From NCBI GenBank assembly GCA_052386455.1, contig JBQTKD010000034.1:892-64891 (forward strand): DNA of 64,000 bases. Direction: 5' to 3'. A model generated the notes under the pieces. It ran no database searches. It had not been told where the DNA came from and saw nothing but the letters and a program-made list of their open reading frames with translations. The DNA is from Sporichthyaceae bacterium. Its GTDB lineage: Bacteria > Actinomycetota > Actinomycetes > Sporichthyales > Sporichthyaceae. The translations under genes were made by a program, and so were the position numbers. Every line of letters starts with the position of its first letter. Position 1 is the stretch's first letter. Shown piece by piece: positions 10,236-19,433 of the stretch.

Positions 10236-10298
10236 GTAGAGTTCGCTCTCGAAAACGACGCCCACCCACCCGGGTGCACTGCCGGACAGGAGCAAGCG

Positions 10299-10505
10299 AT
10301 GACCGAGGGCCACGGCGCAAACGGCCGCCCGATGTCGTGGGTCTCCGTGCTGGTCATCTGCGTCGGCTTCACCATCGGCGGCCTCGCGCTCTGCATGGAC
10401 CCGACCTGGTGGCTGTTCTGGACCGGCGTCGCCATCACCGCCGTAGGCCTCGTGCTCGCCTCGGTCGTCAACATCATGGCCGACTACACGACTGAAGATC
10501 ACTGA
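10299..10505 (+). CDS. Small two-TM membrane protein
   Basis: ORF 10299..10505(+) with GGAG upstream. It has two hydrophobic helices, WVSVLVICVGFTIGGLALC and WWLFWTGVAITAVGLVLASVV. Confidence 0.6.
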   Translation: MTEGHGANGRPMSWVSVLVICVGFTIGGLALCMDPTWWLFWTGVAITAVGLVLASVVNIMADYTTEDH

Positions 10506-11662
10506 CCGACCTCTCGCTCGACGAGGCTCGTCGGCTGGCGCTGCGGGCGCAGGGGCTGCTCGGCTCCCCCGGCCACGGGACGGGGGTCAACGCGGTCGCG
10601 GGGGTGCTGCAGCGGCTGCGGGCGGTGCAGTTGGACACCATCTCGGTGCTGGCCCGCTCGCACGAGCTGGTCCCCTACGCGCGGCTCGGGGCCGTTCCCA
10701 GGACGACGATCGAGCAGGCGTACTGGTCGGGCGACTGCTTCGAGTACTGGGCGCACGCCGCGTGCATCCTCCCCGTCGAGGACTGGCCGCTCTACTCGTT
10801 CCGCCGCCGCCACTACGTCGAGCGCGGCATGCGCTGGCACGACCGCCCGGCCGAGGACGTGTTCGCCGAGGTGCGGGCGCGGCTGGCGGACGGCCCGGCG
10901 AGCGCCGGTGAGCTGGGTGGCGCGAAAAAGGGCGGTCCCTGGTGGGACTGGTCCGGGGCGAAGATCGCGGTCGAGTTCATGCTCGACTGCGGGGAGGTCG
11001 TCTGCGCCCGCCGCGAGGGCTGGCGGCGGATCTACGACCTGGCCGAGCGCGCGATCCCGGCCGAGAACCGCGTCGCGGACCTCCTCGACGACGCCGGCTG
11101 CTTCCGTGAACTCGTCGCGCGCTCCGGAGTCGCCATGGGCGTGGCCGTCGAGGCGGATCTCGCGGACTACTCCCGCATCTCCCGCGCCGCGGTCGCGGCC
11201 GCGCTGCCGGACACCGGCCTGGTGCCGGTGCGCGTCGACGGGTGGCGCGAGCAGGCGTGGGCGGACCCCGCGGCGCTCGCGGCGCTGGGCGCCCGCCGCC
11301 GGCACCGGACCACCCTGCTCTCCCCGTTCGACTCCCTGGTGTGGGACCGGGCTCGCACCAAGCGCCTGTTCGGCTTCGTCCACGCCTTGGAGGCCTACAA
11401 GCCCGCGCCAAAGCGCGAGCACGGGTACTTCGCGATGCCGCTGCTGGCGGGCGGCCGACTGCTCGGCCGGGTCGACCCCAAGCGAGACGGGCGGACGCTC
11501 GTCGGCGTGCAGGTCGGGCTGGAGTCCGCGAAGGCCGTCGCCCCCATGGCACAGGCGCTCTGGGAGGCCGCCCAGTGGGTCGGCGCCGACGAGGTTCGCG
11601 TCGAGCGCGTGCACCCGCCGGAACTCGGCCCCGACCTGCTCGCTGCGATTGCGGTCGGCTAG
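10502..11662 (+). CDS. Winged-helix DNA-binding protein of the YcaQ/AlkZ (DUF1006) family, a putative DNA crosslink-repair glycosylase
   Basis: ORF 10604..11662(+) plus an in-frame upstream extension. The family N-terminal motif LSLDEARRLALRAQGLL lies at 10511-10561, before the first canonical start (GTG at 10604). The only near-cognate start after the in-frame stop at 10493-10495 is the CTG at 10502. Later motifs are FEYWAHAAC and HGYFAMPLL. Confidence 0.8.
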   Translation: MTDLSLDEARRLALRAQGLLGSPGHGTGVNAVAGVLQRLRAVQLDTISVLARSHELVPYARLGAVPRTTIEQAYWSGDCFEYWAHAACILPVEDWPLYSFRRRHYVERGMRWHDRPAEDVFAEVRARLADGPASAGELGGAKKGGPWWDWSGAKIAVEFMLDCGEVVCARREGWRRIYDLAERAIPAENRVADLLDDAGCFRELVARSGVAMGVAVEADLADYSRISRAAVAAALPDTGLVPVRVDGWREQAWADPAALAALGARRRHRTTLLSPFDSLVWDRARTKRLFGFVHALEAYKPAPKREHGYFAMPLLAGGRLLGRVDPKRDGRTLVGVQVGLESAKAVAPMAQALWEAAQWVGADEVRVERVHPPELGPDLLAAIAVG

Positions 11663-11998
11663 ACCTGGGGGCGTGGGCTCGGACCCGACCTGCCGTCAGC
11701 CAAGCGAGTTGTAGTTGGGGCCGGAGTCGATGGCCCTGCCGGTCAGCGAGCGGACCTTGACGATCGCCGTGCCGGTGGTCACCAGTCCGCGGGAATCGGT
11801 GTTCGTAGGGGTTCTCCGGGGTGGCCGCCGGTCCGGAGATCTGCACCTGCTGCCCGAAGAACTCGAATCCCTCATGGGCGGCGTTGTTCAAGGCGCCGAG
11901 CAGTGGAGCCCGGCCTCCTCCGAACCGGCACCTCGACCACCGCGACCCGCGGCCGGCCGGCCGGCCGAACTGTTCGGCAGGCGCGCGGACGGTCCGAG

Positions 11999-12286
11999 TC
12001 AGGGGGATCGGTAGACGTCCGCACGGCGTTCGATGCGTTCGACGCGCACGGTTCGCGTGGCCTCGTCGATCCGGTACAGCACTCGATAGTCGCCGGCCCT
12101 GGCCGACCAGATCCCGGCCAGCGGTGGCAAGAGTGGTTTGCCGAGGCGGTGCGGGTCGGCCGCGATCGGCCCGGTCACCAGCGCCCAGGCTGCTTCGGCG
12201 ACGGCCAGTGGCAGAACCTCGCACGACGCCCTGCGCGCCGCAGACGACAGGGCGATCTCATAGGGGCCGACGGTCGGCTCATCCAC
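11999..12286 (-). CDS. Type II toxin, RelE/ParE family
   Basis: ORF 11999..12286(-), 95 aa. The GTG start overlaps the antitoxin stop by 8 nt. Motif YRVLYRIDEATRTVRVERIERRADVY. Confidence 0.85.
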   Translation of the reverse strand: MDEPTVGPYEIALSSAARRASCEVLPLAVAEAAWALVTGPIAADPHRLGKPLLPPLAGIWSARAGDYRVLYRIDEATRTVRVERIERRADVYRSP

Positions 12287-12575
12287 TCTCGGCCCGGCGG
12301 CGGGCCGCCATCAGCTCGTCCATCTCCGCCGCGGAGGTGTACGCCCCTCGTGCCCACTCGGACTCGGTCGCGGCCAGGTCGCGCACGGCGGCGCTGTCCG
12401 CCAGGACGGCGATCGTCTCCTCGAGGGACTCCAAGTCCGCGACGGCCACCAACACCGCCGCCGGCTTCCCGCGCCTGGTGATCGTCGTCCGCCGATGGTG
12501 CTGCTCGGCCGCGTCGACGTAACGGGACAGGTGCGCCTTGACTTCGGCGAGCGTTTCGAACGCCTCGGCAGTCAT
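12279..12575 (-). CDS. Type II antitoxin, Phd/YefM family
   Basis: Lower part of ORF 12279..12854(-), starting at the ATG at 12575. The sequence reads MTAEAFETLAEVKAHLSRYVDAAEQHHRRTTITRRGKPAAVLVAV. The direct repeat GTGACT..GTGACT lies just upstream. Confidence 0.85.
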   Translation of the reverse strand: MTAEAFETLAEVKAHLSRYVDAAEQHHRRTTITRRGKPAAVLVAVADLESLEETIAVLADSAAVRDLAATESEWARGAYTSAAEMDELMAARRRAESG

Positions 12576-12599
12576 AGTCACAATGATAGTCACATAGGT

Positions 12600-12881
12600 G
12601 TGTTGGCGTTCAACCCGGAGGGCATCCGAACCTTCTGGTCGGCCGCGCCGGACGGGCTGTCGACCGTCACGGAGCAGTTCGAGGTCGACGACCGGGTCGT
12701 CGTCGCGGTGACCTTCTCCGGGACTCCCCAAGGCGACCTCGGCGGTCACGCGCCCACCGGACGCGGCTTCGAGGTCGACGGCGTTGCCGATCTCCGCGTG
12801 CGCGAGGGGCGAATCGCCGAACAGCGCATCGTGTGGGACGCGCTCGGATTCCACCGCCAGCTGGGGCTGCCGATCGACTGA
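12600..12881 (+). pseudogene. 5'-truncated SnoaL-like/ester-cyclase (NTF2-fold) gene remnant
   Basis: Only the C-terminal ~90 aa of ORF 12495..12881(+) look like the family (GTPQGDLGGHAPTGRGFEVDGVADLRVREGRIAEQRIVWDALGFHRQLGL). The N-terminal ~45 aa expected for this fold are missing, and the ORF's 5' part overlaps the antitoxin on the opposite strand. Confidence 0.6.
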
Positions 12882-12937
12882 CCGCGTGGCGCGGGGCCCG
12901 TGCGCACGACGCTCGGGCCTAGCGGCAGAATCGCGGA

Positions 12938-13444
12938 ATGAGGTTAACGCACGTGATGTCCTACGAGGCGCCGGTGCCGGCCGTGTACGCGATGTTGATC
13001 GATCCGGAGTTCCAGGATCGGCGGTCGCGCGCCGGCAATCCGGTGGAGTCTTCGGCCTCGGTCACCGCGGACGTCACCGGCGGAGCGGTCATCACCGTCT
13101 CGCGCCTGCTCGCCATCGAGATCGGCGGCATGCTGCAGAAGGTGATCGGCGACAAGATCCGCATCGAGGAGACCCAGACCTGGCTCTCCGCGGCCGAGGA
13201 CGCCACCAGCCGCGAGGGCCAGCTCAAGGCGAGGATTCCCGGGCAGCCCGCAGGCGTGGACGGACGGCTGGTCATGACCGAGTCGGGTGGCGGAACGACC
13301 ATCCGGCTCGACGCCGAGATCAAGGTGAACGTTCCGATGATCGGCGGCAAGGCCGAGACCATGATCGCCGACGTGCTCACCAAGTTCCTGAACTACGAAG
13401 AGGTGCTGGGCCGCGCCTGGCTCTCCGGAGACGTCACCGCCTGA
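12938..13444 (+). CDS. SRPBCC-superfamily protein (DUF2505-like)
   Basis: ORF 12938..13444(+), 168 aa, with an ATG start. The length and pattern are typical of actinobacterial DUF2505 (from memory). Confidence 0.7.
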   Translation: MRLTHVMSYEAPVPAVYAMLIDPEFQDRRSRAGNPVESSASVTADVTGGAVITVSRLLAIEIGGMLQKVIGDKIRIEETQTWLSAAEDATSREGQLKARIPGQPAGVDGRLVMTESGGGTTIRLDAEIKVNVPMIGGKAETMIADVLTKFLNYEEVLGRAWLSGDVTA

Positions 13445-13451
13445 CGAACGC

Positions 13452-13484
13452 GCCGCCGCCCCTTCAGCACGGAGGGACGGCGGC
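13452..13484. terminator. GC-rich hairpin between convergent genes
   Basis: GCCGCCGCCCC (13452-13462) pairs with GGGACGGCGGC (13474-13484) with one mismatch and an 11-nt loop. It lies between stops at 13444 and 13505. Confidence 0.5.
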
Positions 13485-13504
13485 ACGCGTGGCGGCCTGG
13501 GTTG

Positions 13505-14116
13505 TCAGGTAACCAGGCGGATCACTCCGTAGTCGTACCCACGTCTGCGGTAGACCACACACGGCGTTGCGGATTCGGCCTCGACGAACAGGTAGAAGTC
13601 GTGGCCGACCAGCTCCATCTCGTACAGCGCCTGGTCCAGGGTCATGGGGATGGCCTGGTGCGACTTGTCGCGGCTGACCACGAACGGGCCGGTGTCCTCC
13701 TCGCTCGGCGCGTACTGGTCGAGCTCGGCGGGTTCCGCGATCGCCGCGTGGCCGTTCTGCGCCTCCAGGCCTGCGGTGGCCGCGGCCACCGAGACAGGAG
13801 TGCGCACGCCGTGGTGCACGCGGCGCCGGTCCGCGGACTTGCGCAACCGCACCTCCAGTTTCGTGGTGGCGAGGTCCAGCGCGGCGTAGGGATCGCCCGC
13901 CGCGGCCTCGGCCCTGATCACCGTGCCGCGGGATCGGCAGGTGAGTTCGATGCGGTCGCTGACCTCGGCGAGCCGCGGGTTGCGTTCCCTGGAGACCTCC
14001 ACGTCCAGGCTGATGAGCTTGTTGTCCCACTTCTCGAGCTTGGACAGCTTCTCCGTAGCGTGCTGGCGAAACCTGTCGGCCACTTCGGTGTGCCGACCCT
14101 TGACGACAATCTCCAC
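13505..14116 (-). CDS. hpf: Ribosome hibernation promoting factor (long HPF/RaiA family)
   Basis: ORF 13505..14215(-), trimmed to the GTG at 14116 with GGGAGGA upstream. N-terminal domain VEIVVKGRHTEVADRFRQHATEKLSKLEK. C-terminal dimerisation domain FYLFVEAESATPCVVYRRRGYDYGVIRL. Confidence 0.92.
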   Translation of the reverse strand: MEIVVKGRHTEVADRFRQHATEKLSKLEKWDNKLISLDVEVSRERNPRLAEVSDRIELTCRSRGTVIRAEAAAGDPYAALDLATTKLEVRLRKSADRRRVHHGVRTPVSVAAATAGLEAQNGHAAIAEPAELDQYAPSEEDTGPFVVSRDKSHQAIPMTLDQALYEMELVGHDFYLFVEAESATPCVVYRRRGYDYGVIRLVT

Positions 14117-14432
14117 GCAATTCCTCCCTGCTAGCGGGCGGATCTGACGAGACGTCAGTTCTGTTGCTTTATCGGCATGACACCTGCCCGGCCGACTTGG
14201 TCTTCTACCCCACATCCGCCTGCTGAAGGTTTCGCAGCACGGTGGCCACTACTCCCCTTCTCCCGGATCGGCGGCCATCTGGACCACCGGCGGGGCAGGA
14301 CTTACTTCTAAGCCGCACCGTGATCGGACGACCAAGAGTCGCCTTACGTGGGCCGTTTAGCCTGCGGCTGGCATCGGCTTGCCGGTCTTCACCGGCGCAA
14401 CCACGGACCCGGGCAGGTGCCATGGATCGACG

Positions 14433-15152
14433 TTACTCACCGGAGTGCCTCCGCGACAGGGGAGGCCCGATTTGCACCGCGCGGCGTGTTCCCGCGGTGG
14501 CCAGGACCGCGGCCCCGGCGAGCTCCCAGCCTGCGGCGTGCAGGGCCCGGCTCGCCTCGCGCAGGGTGACGCCGGTGGTGCAGACGTCGTCCACGAGCAC
14601 GACCGCGGCGGTAGGCGGTCCCCCACGCGCCGCGAAGGCGCCGGCGAGATTCGCGGCACGGGCCGGTCCGCGCAGATCCGCCTGGTCCGCGACCGTGCGG
14701 GTGTGCCGAAGTGCCGAGACCACGCGCGCCGGACGACCCGCCCGCCGAAGCTCGCGCGCGGCGGCGCGGGCCAGGCGGAGCAGCGGATCCTGGCCGCGTT
14801 CTCGCCGCGCGCTGCGCCGGGTGGGCACGGGGACCAACGCGACCGGACAGGTGGGTGCGAGGTCGTCGAGCACCCGCGCCACCGCCTCCGCCAGTGCGGC
14901 GCCAAGCGGGCGGCACAGCCCCGCGCGGGCTCGCTCCTTGTGCGCGATGACCAGAGTTCGGGGCGCACCGGACCAGTGCGCCGCGGCCACCAGACGAGGC
15001 ACCCCCGCCGGGGCCGCCCACTCCGTCGGCGGCCCGAGGCTCGCCCGGCAGCCGGCGCACACCGTAGCCCGCACCCGCCGGCCGCACCCCGCACACGCGG
15101 CGGGCACCAACAGATCCGTCGCGGCGGCGATCAGCTCCCCCATGCCCGGCAC
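14433..15152 (-). CDS. ComF-family phosphoribosyltransferase-like protein
   Basis: ORF 14433..15152(-). N-terminal Cys cluster CAGCGRRVRATVCAGC. PRTase motif VVLVDDVCTTGVTL. Confidence 0.88.
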   Translation of the reverse strand: MPGMGELIAAATDLLVPAACAGCGRRVRATVCAGCRASLGPPTEWAAPAGVPRLVAAAHWSGAPRTLVIAHKERARAGLCRPLGAALAEAVARVLDDLAPTCPVALVPVPTRRSARRERGQDPLLRLARAAARELRRAGRPARVVSALRHTRTVADQADLRGPARAANLAGAFAARGGPPTAAVVLVDDVCTTGVTLREASRALHAAGWELAGAAVLATAGTRRAVQIGPPLSRRHSGE

Positions 15153-15153
15153 G

Positions 15154-16845
15154 TTAGCCGGGGTAGGCGACCACCGCGCCCTTTCCGACGCGGAACCATC
15201 CGCCGCCGGCGCGCAGGCGCCAGACCACGTTCTTGGTGGTGGCCAGCAGCGGCTGCCCGGCCGAGGCGGTGAGTCCGCTGATGTCCGCGAGCGACGGCGC
15301 GAGCTCGGAGACCGTGCCGGACAGGGCGAGCGCGAACGGCTGGGGAGCCGCGTCCCGCTGTGCGGCCAAGACCGCGAGCCGGTCGGGTTCGGCCCACGCG
15401 ACGTCCCGGGGCGCGATCAGCGAGTACCCGAGGCGCCGCAGCGACCCGACCCGAAGCTCCGGCCCGGACCCGGTGACCAGGGCGAGGTACACCTGTTGGC
15501 CCTCGACGGTGTCCAACACCATCGCCAGGCGGATTCCGTCGGCCGAGACGCGCAGCCGCTCCACCTGCCGGGACACGAACCCGTCGACCTTCACCTCGGC
15601 CAGCGCCCCGTCCGGGCCGATCCTGCGCAGCACTCGGGTCTCGGGGGTGCCGTCGAGCACCCAGAGGTTGCCGTCCTGGTCGAAGCTGGCGGAGCGCAGG
15701 TCCACGCCGACGAGCCGTTCCGTCAGCCGCGTGGGAGCGTCGCGGGTGGCGGTCCACAGGGTCGTGCGGTCCTCCGATACGCCGGCGAGGAGGTTCCCAC
15801 CGGGCGCGGCTGCGATCTCCTTGAGTTTCAGCCCGGGCTCGAACGGGCCCTGCGCGCCGGGCGGGCCCACCACGTAGGACACGCCGTCCTGCAGGTAGTA
15901 CGCGGGCGGCGCCGGAGGGCGCAGGTCGGCCGGTTGGTAGAGCAGGACGTCGTTGCGGGTCAGCCGGGCCGAGCCGGCGAGGGTGACGGGCCGGTCGCCG
16001 GCCAGCACCTCCACCGCGGTGATCCCGCCGACGTCGGTCAGCGTCATCACGAGCTGCGCGAGCATCGTGTTCCGGTCGACGCCGTCGGTCGGGACGGACG
16101 CCGGAGTCAAGAGCACGCGAGCGACGCCGGAGGCGACCTCGACCTGGGAGGCCAGCGCCGCCTCGGGGGGAACCGCGGACCGCACCGCGGGCGCGAGCCA
16201 TCGCGACGGCCCGCGGAACAGTGCGGTGACCAGGTCGGTCGGCAGCTCCGGGAGCCGGCGCAGGTGCACGGGGTCCGGGACCAGGACCGCGGAGTGCCCG
16301 CCGCCGGCCGGATAGTGCAGGTCGAGCGCCGCGTACTCCCGCTCGAAGTCCTGGCGGGAGATCAGCAACCCGTCCGGCAGCGTGTCGATGCGCCAGTTGC
16401 CGTTCTCGCGCACGAGCCCGAACAGCGCGGTGGCCTTCCGGCCCGGCGCCGAGGCGCGGTAGACGCCCTGGCCGTCGACGATTCCCTCGGCCGGGGCGGT
16501 GACCTCCAGGCGGGTCGCGTCTCGGGCGGAGATCCGCAACTTGGTGTGGTCGTAGACGGTGACGCCGGAGGTCGAACGCCACCGGGCCGATGCCCCGCCG
16601 GTCAGGTACTTCCGCGCGGTGCGCAGCCCGTCCTCGACGGTGCTGGACGCCTGGAGGAACCCCGAGACGATCGAGTAGACGCCGTCTCCGTCGCTGGGAC
16701 CCTCGGCGAAGACGCGCACCGCCTGACCGCGGGGCTGTTCCGCGGCCGGGGCGTTGACGGCCACGCCGACGCCGCCGCTGGAGGGAATCTCCGCGCAGCC
16801 GGTCAACAGGGCGACGGCTAGCAGCGCTCCGAGAACCCTACGCAT
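15154..16845 (-). CDS. lpqB: Lipoprotein LpqB (MtrAB-associated)
   Basis: ORF 15154..16845(-). Lipobox LLTGC. It lies immediately downstream of mtrB and overlaps it by 8 nt, the conserved mtrA-mtrB-lpqB order. Confidence 0.9.
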   Translation of the reverse strand: MRRVLGALLAVALLTGCAEIPSSGGVGVAVNAPAAEQPRGQAVRVFAEGPSDGDGVYSIVSGFLQASSTVEDGLRTARKYLTGGASARWRSTSGVTVYDHTKLRISARDATRLEVTAPAEGIVDGQGVYRASAPGRKATALFGLVRENGNWRIDTLPDGLLISRQDFEREYAALDLHYPAGGGHSAVLVPDPVHLRRLPELPTDLVTALFRGPSRWLAPAVRSAVPPEAALASQVEVASGVARVLLTPASVPTDGVDRNTMLAQLVMTLTDVGGITAVEVLAGDRPVTLAGSARLTRNDVLLYQPADLRPPAPPAYYLQDGVSYVVGPPGAQGPFEPGLKLKEIAAAPGGNLLAGVSEDRTTLWTATRDAPTRLTERLVGVDLRSASFDQDGNLWVLDGTPETRVLRRIGPDGALAEVKVDGFVSRQVERLRVSADGIRLAMVLDTVEGQQVYLALVTGSGPELRVGSLRRLGYSLIAPRDVAWAEPDRLAVLAAQRDAAPQPFALALSGTVSELAPSLADISGLTASAGQPLLATTKNVVWRLRAGGGWFRVGKGAVVAYPG

Positions 16846-18571
16846 CTCCCACCCCCTGCTCCGCCGGCTGTGGCGCGGCGATCGGCACGCGCCGGGGACC
16901 GCGCCGGTCGGCCGGTTCCAGGTCCAACGGCGATCCCACCAACACTCCGCCGGCCCCGCGGGGCAACGTCAAGCGGAACTGCGCGCCGATGCGAGGTTCG
17001 CCCCACGCCTGCAGCCACCCGCCGTGCAAATGCGCGTCCTGCTGGGCGATGGACAGGCCGAGACCCGTCCCACCGCTGCGCCGCTGACGCGACGGGTCGG
17101 CGCGCCAGAAACGGTTGAACACCTGATCGGTCTCGTCGGAGTGCAGGCCCACCCCGTAGTCGCGCACCGTGACGGCGACGGCGTGCTCGTCGGCACCGAC
17201 CCGCACGCGGACCTCGCGGCCCTCGCCGTGTTCGAGCGCGTTGATGAGCAGGTTGCGCAGCACTCGTTCGATGCGCCGCGAGTCGATGTCGGCGACACAC
17301 TCGCGCGACGGCAGCTCGACCCGGATCGCGGAGGCGTACTGGGCCTGCGCAAAGGGCTCGACACCGTCGACGACCCGGCGCACCACGTCGCGCAGGTCCA
17401 CGGGTTCGGCGTCGAGCGCCGCTGCCCCGGCGTCGAACCGGGAGATCTCGAGCAGGTCGGTCAGCAGGGACTCGAACCTGCCGACCTGATCGTGCATGAG
17501 TTCGGCGGAACGGGCCGCGAGCGGGGAGAACTCCGCGCGGTCGTCGTAGATGACGTCGGCGGCCATGCGGATCGTCGTGAGCGGCGTGCGGAGTTCGTGG
17601 GAGACGTCGGAGACGAACTGCTGCTGGACGCGCGAGAGGTCCTCGAGCTGACGAATCTGCCGCTGCAGCGCCGCGGCCATGCCGTTGAAGGACGAGGCCA
17701 GGCGGGCCAGTTCGTCTTCGCCCCGCTGCACCATCCGCTCGCTGAGTTCGCCTGCGGCGAGGCGTTGGGCCACCTGCGCGGCCGAGCGCACGGGACGCAC
17801 GACGCTGCGGGTCACGACGAGCGCGATCGCGGCCAGCAGCACCAGAAGTGCGACGCCGGCCAGGGTGAGCCGGGAACGCACCAGGGCCAGGGTCTCCTGC
17901 TCGTCGCCGAGGGGGAACATGAACCAGAGCTGGTAGGACCCGGCCCCGGACACCGAGAACTGGGTGCCGACGGCGAAGGCCGGATCCTCCGTGCGCTCCG
18001 AGCACTGGTCCTCGGCCTGCCCGTAGCAGAGCGGCACGAACCGGTTGACTCGTTCGCCGTTGCCGGCGGCGAGCTCCTCCGCGAGCGCTTCGGGAACGGA
18101 GGCCGGAAGCACGTCGCCGGTGGCGATCCGCAGCCTGCCGGCGGGGAGGTCGGCGTCCACGCCGGGCGCCGGAATGAGCACGAGCTCGTAGAGGCTGGTG
18201 GAGCCGGCGGCCTCGCTCAGCTCCGTCACCACCTGCGTGAGCAGCTGGCCGACGTTCGCGCGCTGCGGTGTACCGGCGGCGTCGAGACGGGCCTGCGCGG
18301 CGGTGAAGCCCGCCTCGGCCTGCGCCAGCGAGGTGGACACCTTGGCGTCGACGAGGCCGTCGCGCACCTCGCGCATGACGAGCTGCCCGAGCAGGGCGAG
18401 CACGGCGATCGACAGCACCAGGGTGGCGCTGACGACGCGCAGCAGGATCGAGCGCCGCCAGGCGCGAGCGGCACCGCGCGCGGTGCGACCGAGCACGAAC
18501 AGCAGACCGCGCAGGGGAGCCAACAGCGCCGATGGGCTTCGGAGGAGCCGTGCGACGCGACGCCGCGTCAC
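16838..18571 (-). CDS. mtrB: Sensor histidine kinase MtrB
   Basis: Lower part of ORF 16838..19573(-), starting at the GTG at 18571, just after the mtrA stop. H-box FVSDVSHELRTPLT. It has two TM segments, a HAMP domain and an HATPase domain. Confidence 0.9.
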   Translation of the reverse strand: MTRRRVARLLRSPSALLAPLRGLLFVLGRTARGAARAWRRSILLRVVSATLVLSIAVLALLGQLVMREVRDGLVDAKVSTSLAQAEAGFTAAQARLDAAGTPQRANVGQLLTQVVTELSEAAGSTSLYELVLIPAPGVDADLPAGRLRIATGDVLPASVPEALAEELAAGNGERVNRFVPLCYGQAEDQCSERTEDPAFAVGTQFSVSGAGSYQLWFMFPLGDEQETLALVRSRLTLAGVALLVLLAAIALVVTRSVVRPVRSAAQVAQRLAAGELSERMVQRGEDELARLASSFNGMAAALQRQIRQLEDLSRVQQQFVSDVSHELRTPLTTIRMAADVIYDDRAEFSPLAARSAELMHDQVGRFESLLTDLLEISRFDAGAAALDAEPVDLRDVVRRVVDGVEPFAQAQYASAIRVELPSRECVADIDSRRIERVLRNLLINALEHGEGREVRVRVGADEHAVAVTVRDYGVGLHSDETDQVFNRFWRADPSRQRRSGGTGLGLSIAQQDAHLHGGWLQAWGEPRIGAQFRLTLPRGAGGVLVGSPLDLEPADRRGPRRVPIAAPQPAEQGVGDA

Positions 18572-18576
18572 CGAGG

Positions 18577-19254
18577 TCAGCCCGGCCCGGCCTTGTAGCC
18601 GACGCCGCGCACCGTCACGACGATCTCCGGGTGCTCGGGGTCGTGTTCGATCTTCGAGCGCAGCCGCTGGACGTGCACGTTCACCAGGCGGGTGTCGGCG
18701 GCGTGGCGGTACCCCCAGACCTGCTCGAGCAGGACCTCGCGGGTGAACACCTGCCACGGCTTGCGGGCCAGCGCAACCAGCAGGTCGAACTCGAGCGGAG
18801 TGAGCGGGATGGGAACGCCGTCGCGCTTGACCGAGTGCCCGGCCACGTCGATGTCGAGGTCGGCGATCTTGAGCGCCGCCGGGGTGGGCTCCTCCTGCCG
18901 CCGGAGCCGGGCGCGCACGCGCGCGACGAGCTCCTTCGGCTTGAACGGCTTCACGACGTAGTCGTCGGCCCCGGACTCCAGCCCCAACACCACGTCGACC
19001 GTGTCGGACTTCGCCGTCAGCATCACGATCGGCACCCCGGACTCGGCCCGGATCGCACGGCACACGTCGATGCCGTTGCGGCCCGGAAGCATCAAGTCCA
19101 GAAGGACTAGATCGGGTTTGCGCTCGCGGAATGCCGCGAGCGCGCTGTCGCCGTCTCCGCACACGATCGGCTCGAAGCCTTCGGTGCGCAGCACGATCGT
19201 GAGCATTTCCGCCAACGCCGTGTCGTCGTCGACTACCAGCACGCGCGCCTTCAT
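18577..19254 (-). CDS. mtrA: OmpR-family response regulator MtrA
   Basis: ORF 18577..19254(-). Receiver domain MKARVLVVDDD...DLVLLDLMLPG. Winged-helix domain LVNVHVQRLRSKIE. Confidence 0.95.
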   Translation of the reverse strand: MKARVLVVDDDTALAEMLTIVLRTEGFEPIVCGDGDSALAAFRERKPDLVLLDLMLPGRNGIDVCRAIRAESGVPIVMLTAKSDTVDVVLGLESGADDYVVKPFKPKELVARVRARLRRQEEPTPAALKIADLDIDVAGHSVKRDGVPIPLTPLEFDLLVALARKPWQVFTREVLLEQVWGYRHAADTRLVNVHVQRLRSKIEHDPEHPEIVVTVRGVGYKAGPG

Positions 19255-19433
19255 GGCTGCATTTTGTCACCTGCGGTTCACGAAGGGCAGCACCGCACCG
19301 CCCGTGGCCCGGGGGATTGCCGGCCGAACGGTGGATACGGGTCGGTCCGTAGGTACGAAACGCACGGTCCGGGCCTGCGTCGAAAGAAGTGAAGCCGATT
19401 CGCGGCCACTGACTTTTGTTTCGGGAGATCTCG

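Noticed and set aside
11715-12014. 99-aa plus-strand ORF between the YcaQ-like gene and the toxin
   Set aside because: It shares third-codon positions with a minus-strand frame that reads more protein-like. Its 3' part overlaps the toxin gene, and I found no motif or Shine-Dalgarno sequence.
12495-12599. N-terminal 35 codons of ORF 12495..12881(+)
   Set aside because: They overlap the Phd/YefM antitoxin gene on the other strand and do not resemble the SnoaL fold. Only the downstream part is a homologous remnant.
14242-18598. Long plus-strand ORFs 14242..16821 and 16754..18598
   Set aside because: They are antisense to comF-like, lpqB and mtrB, and their composition is Arg/Gly/Pro-dominated.
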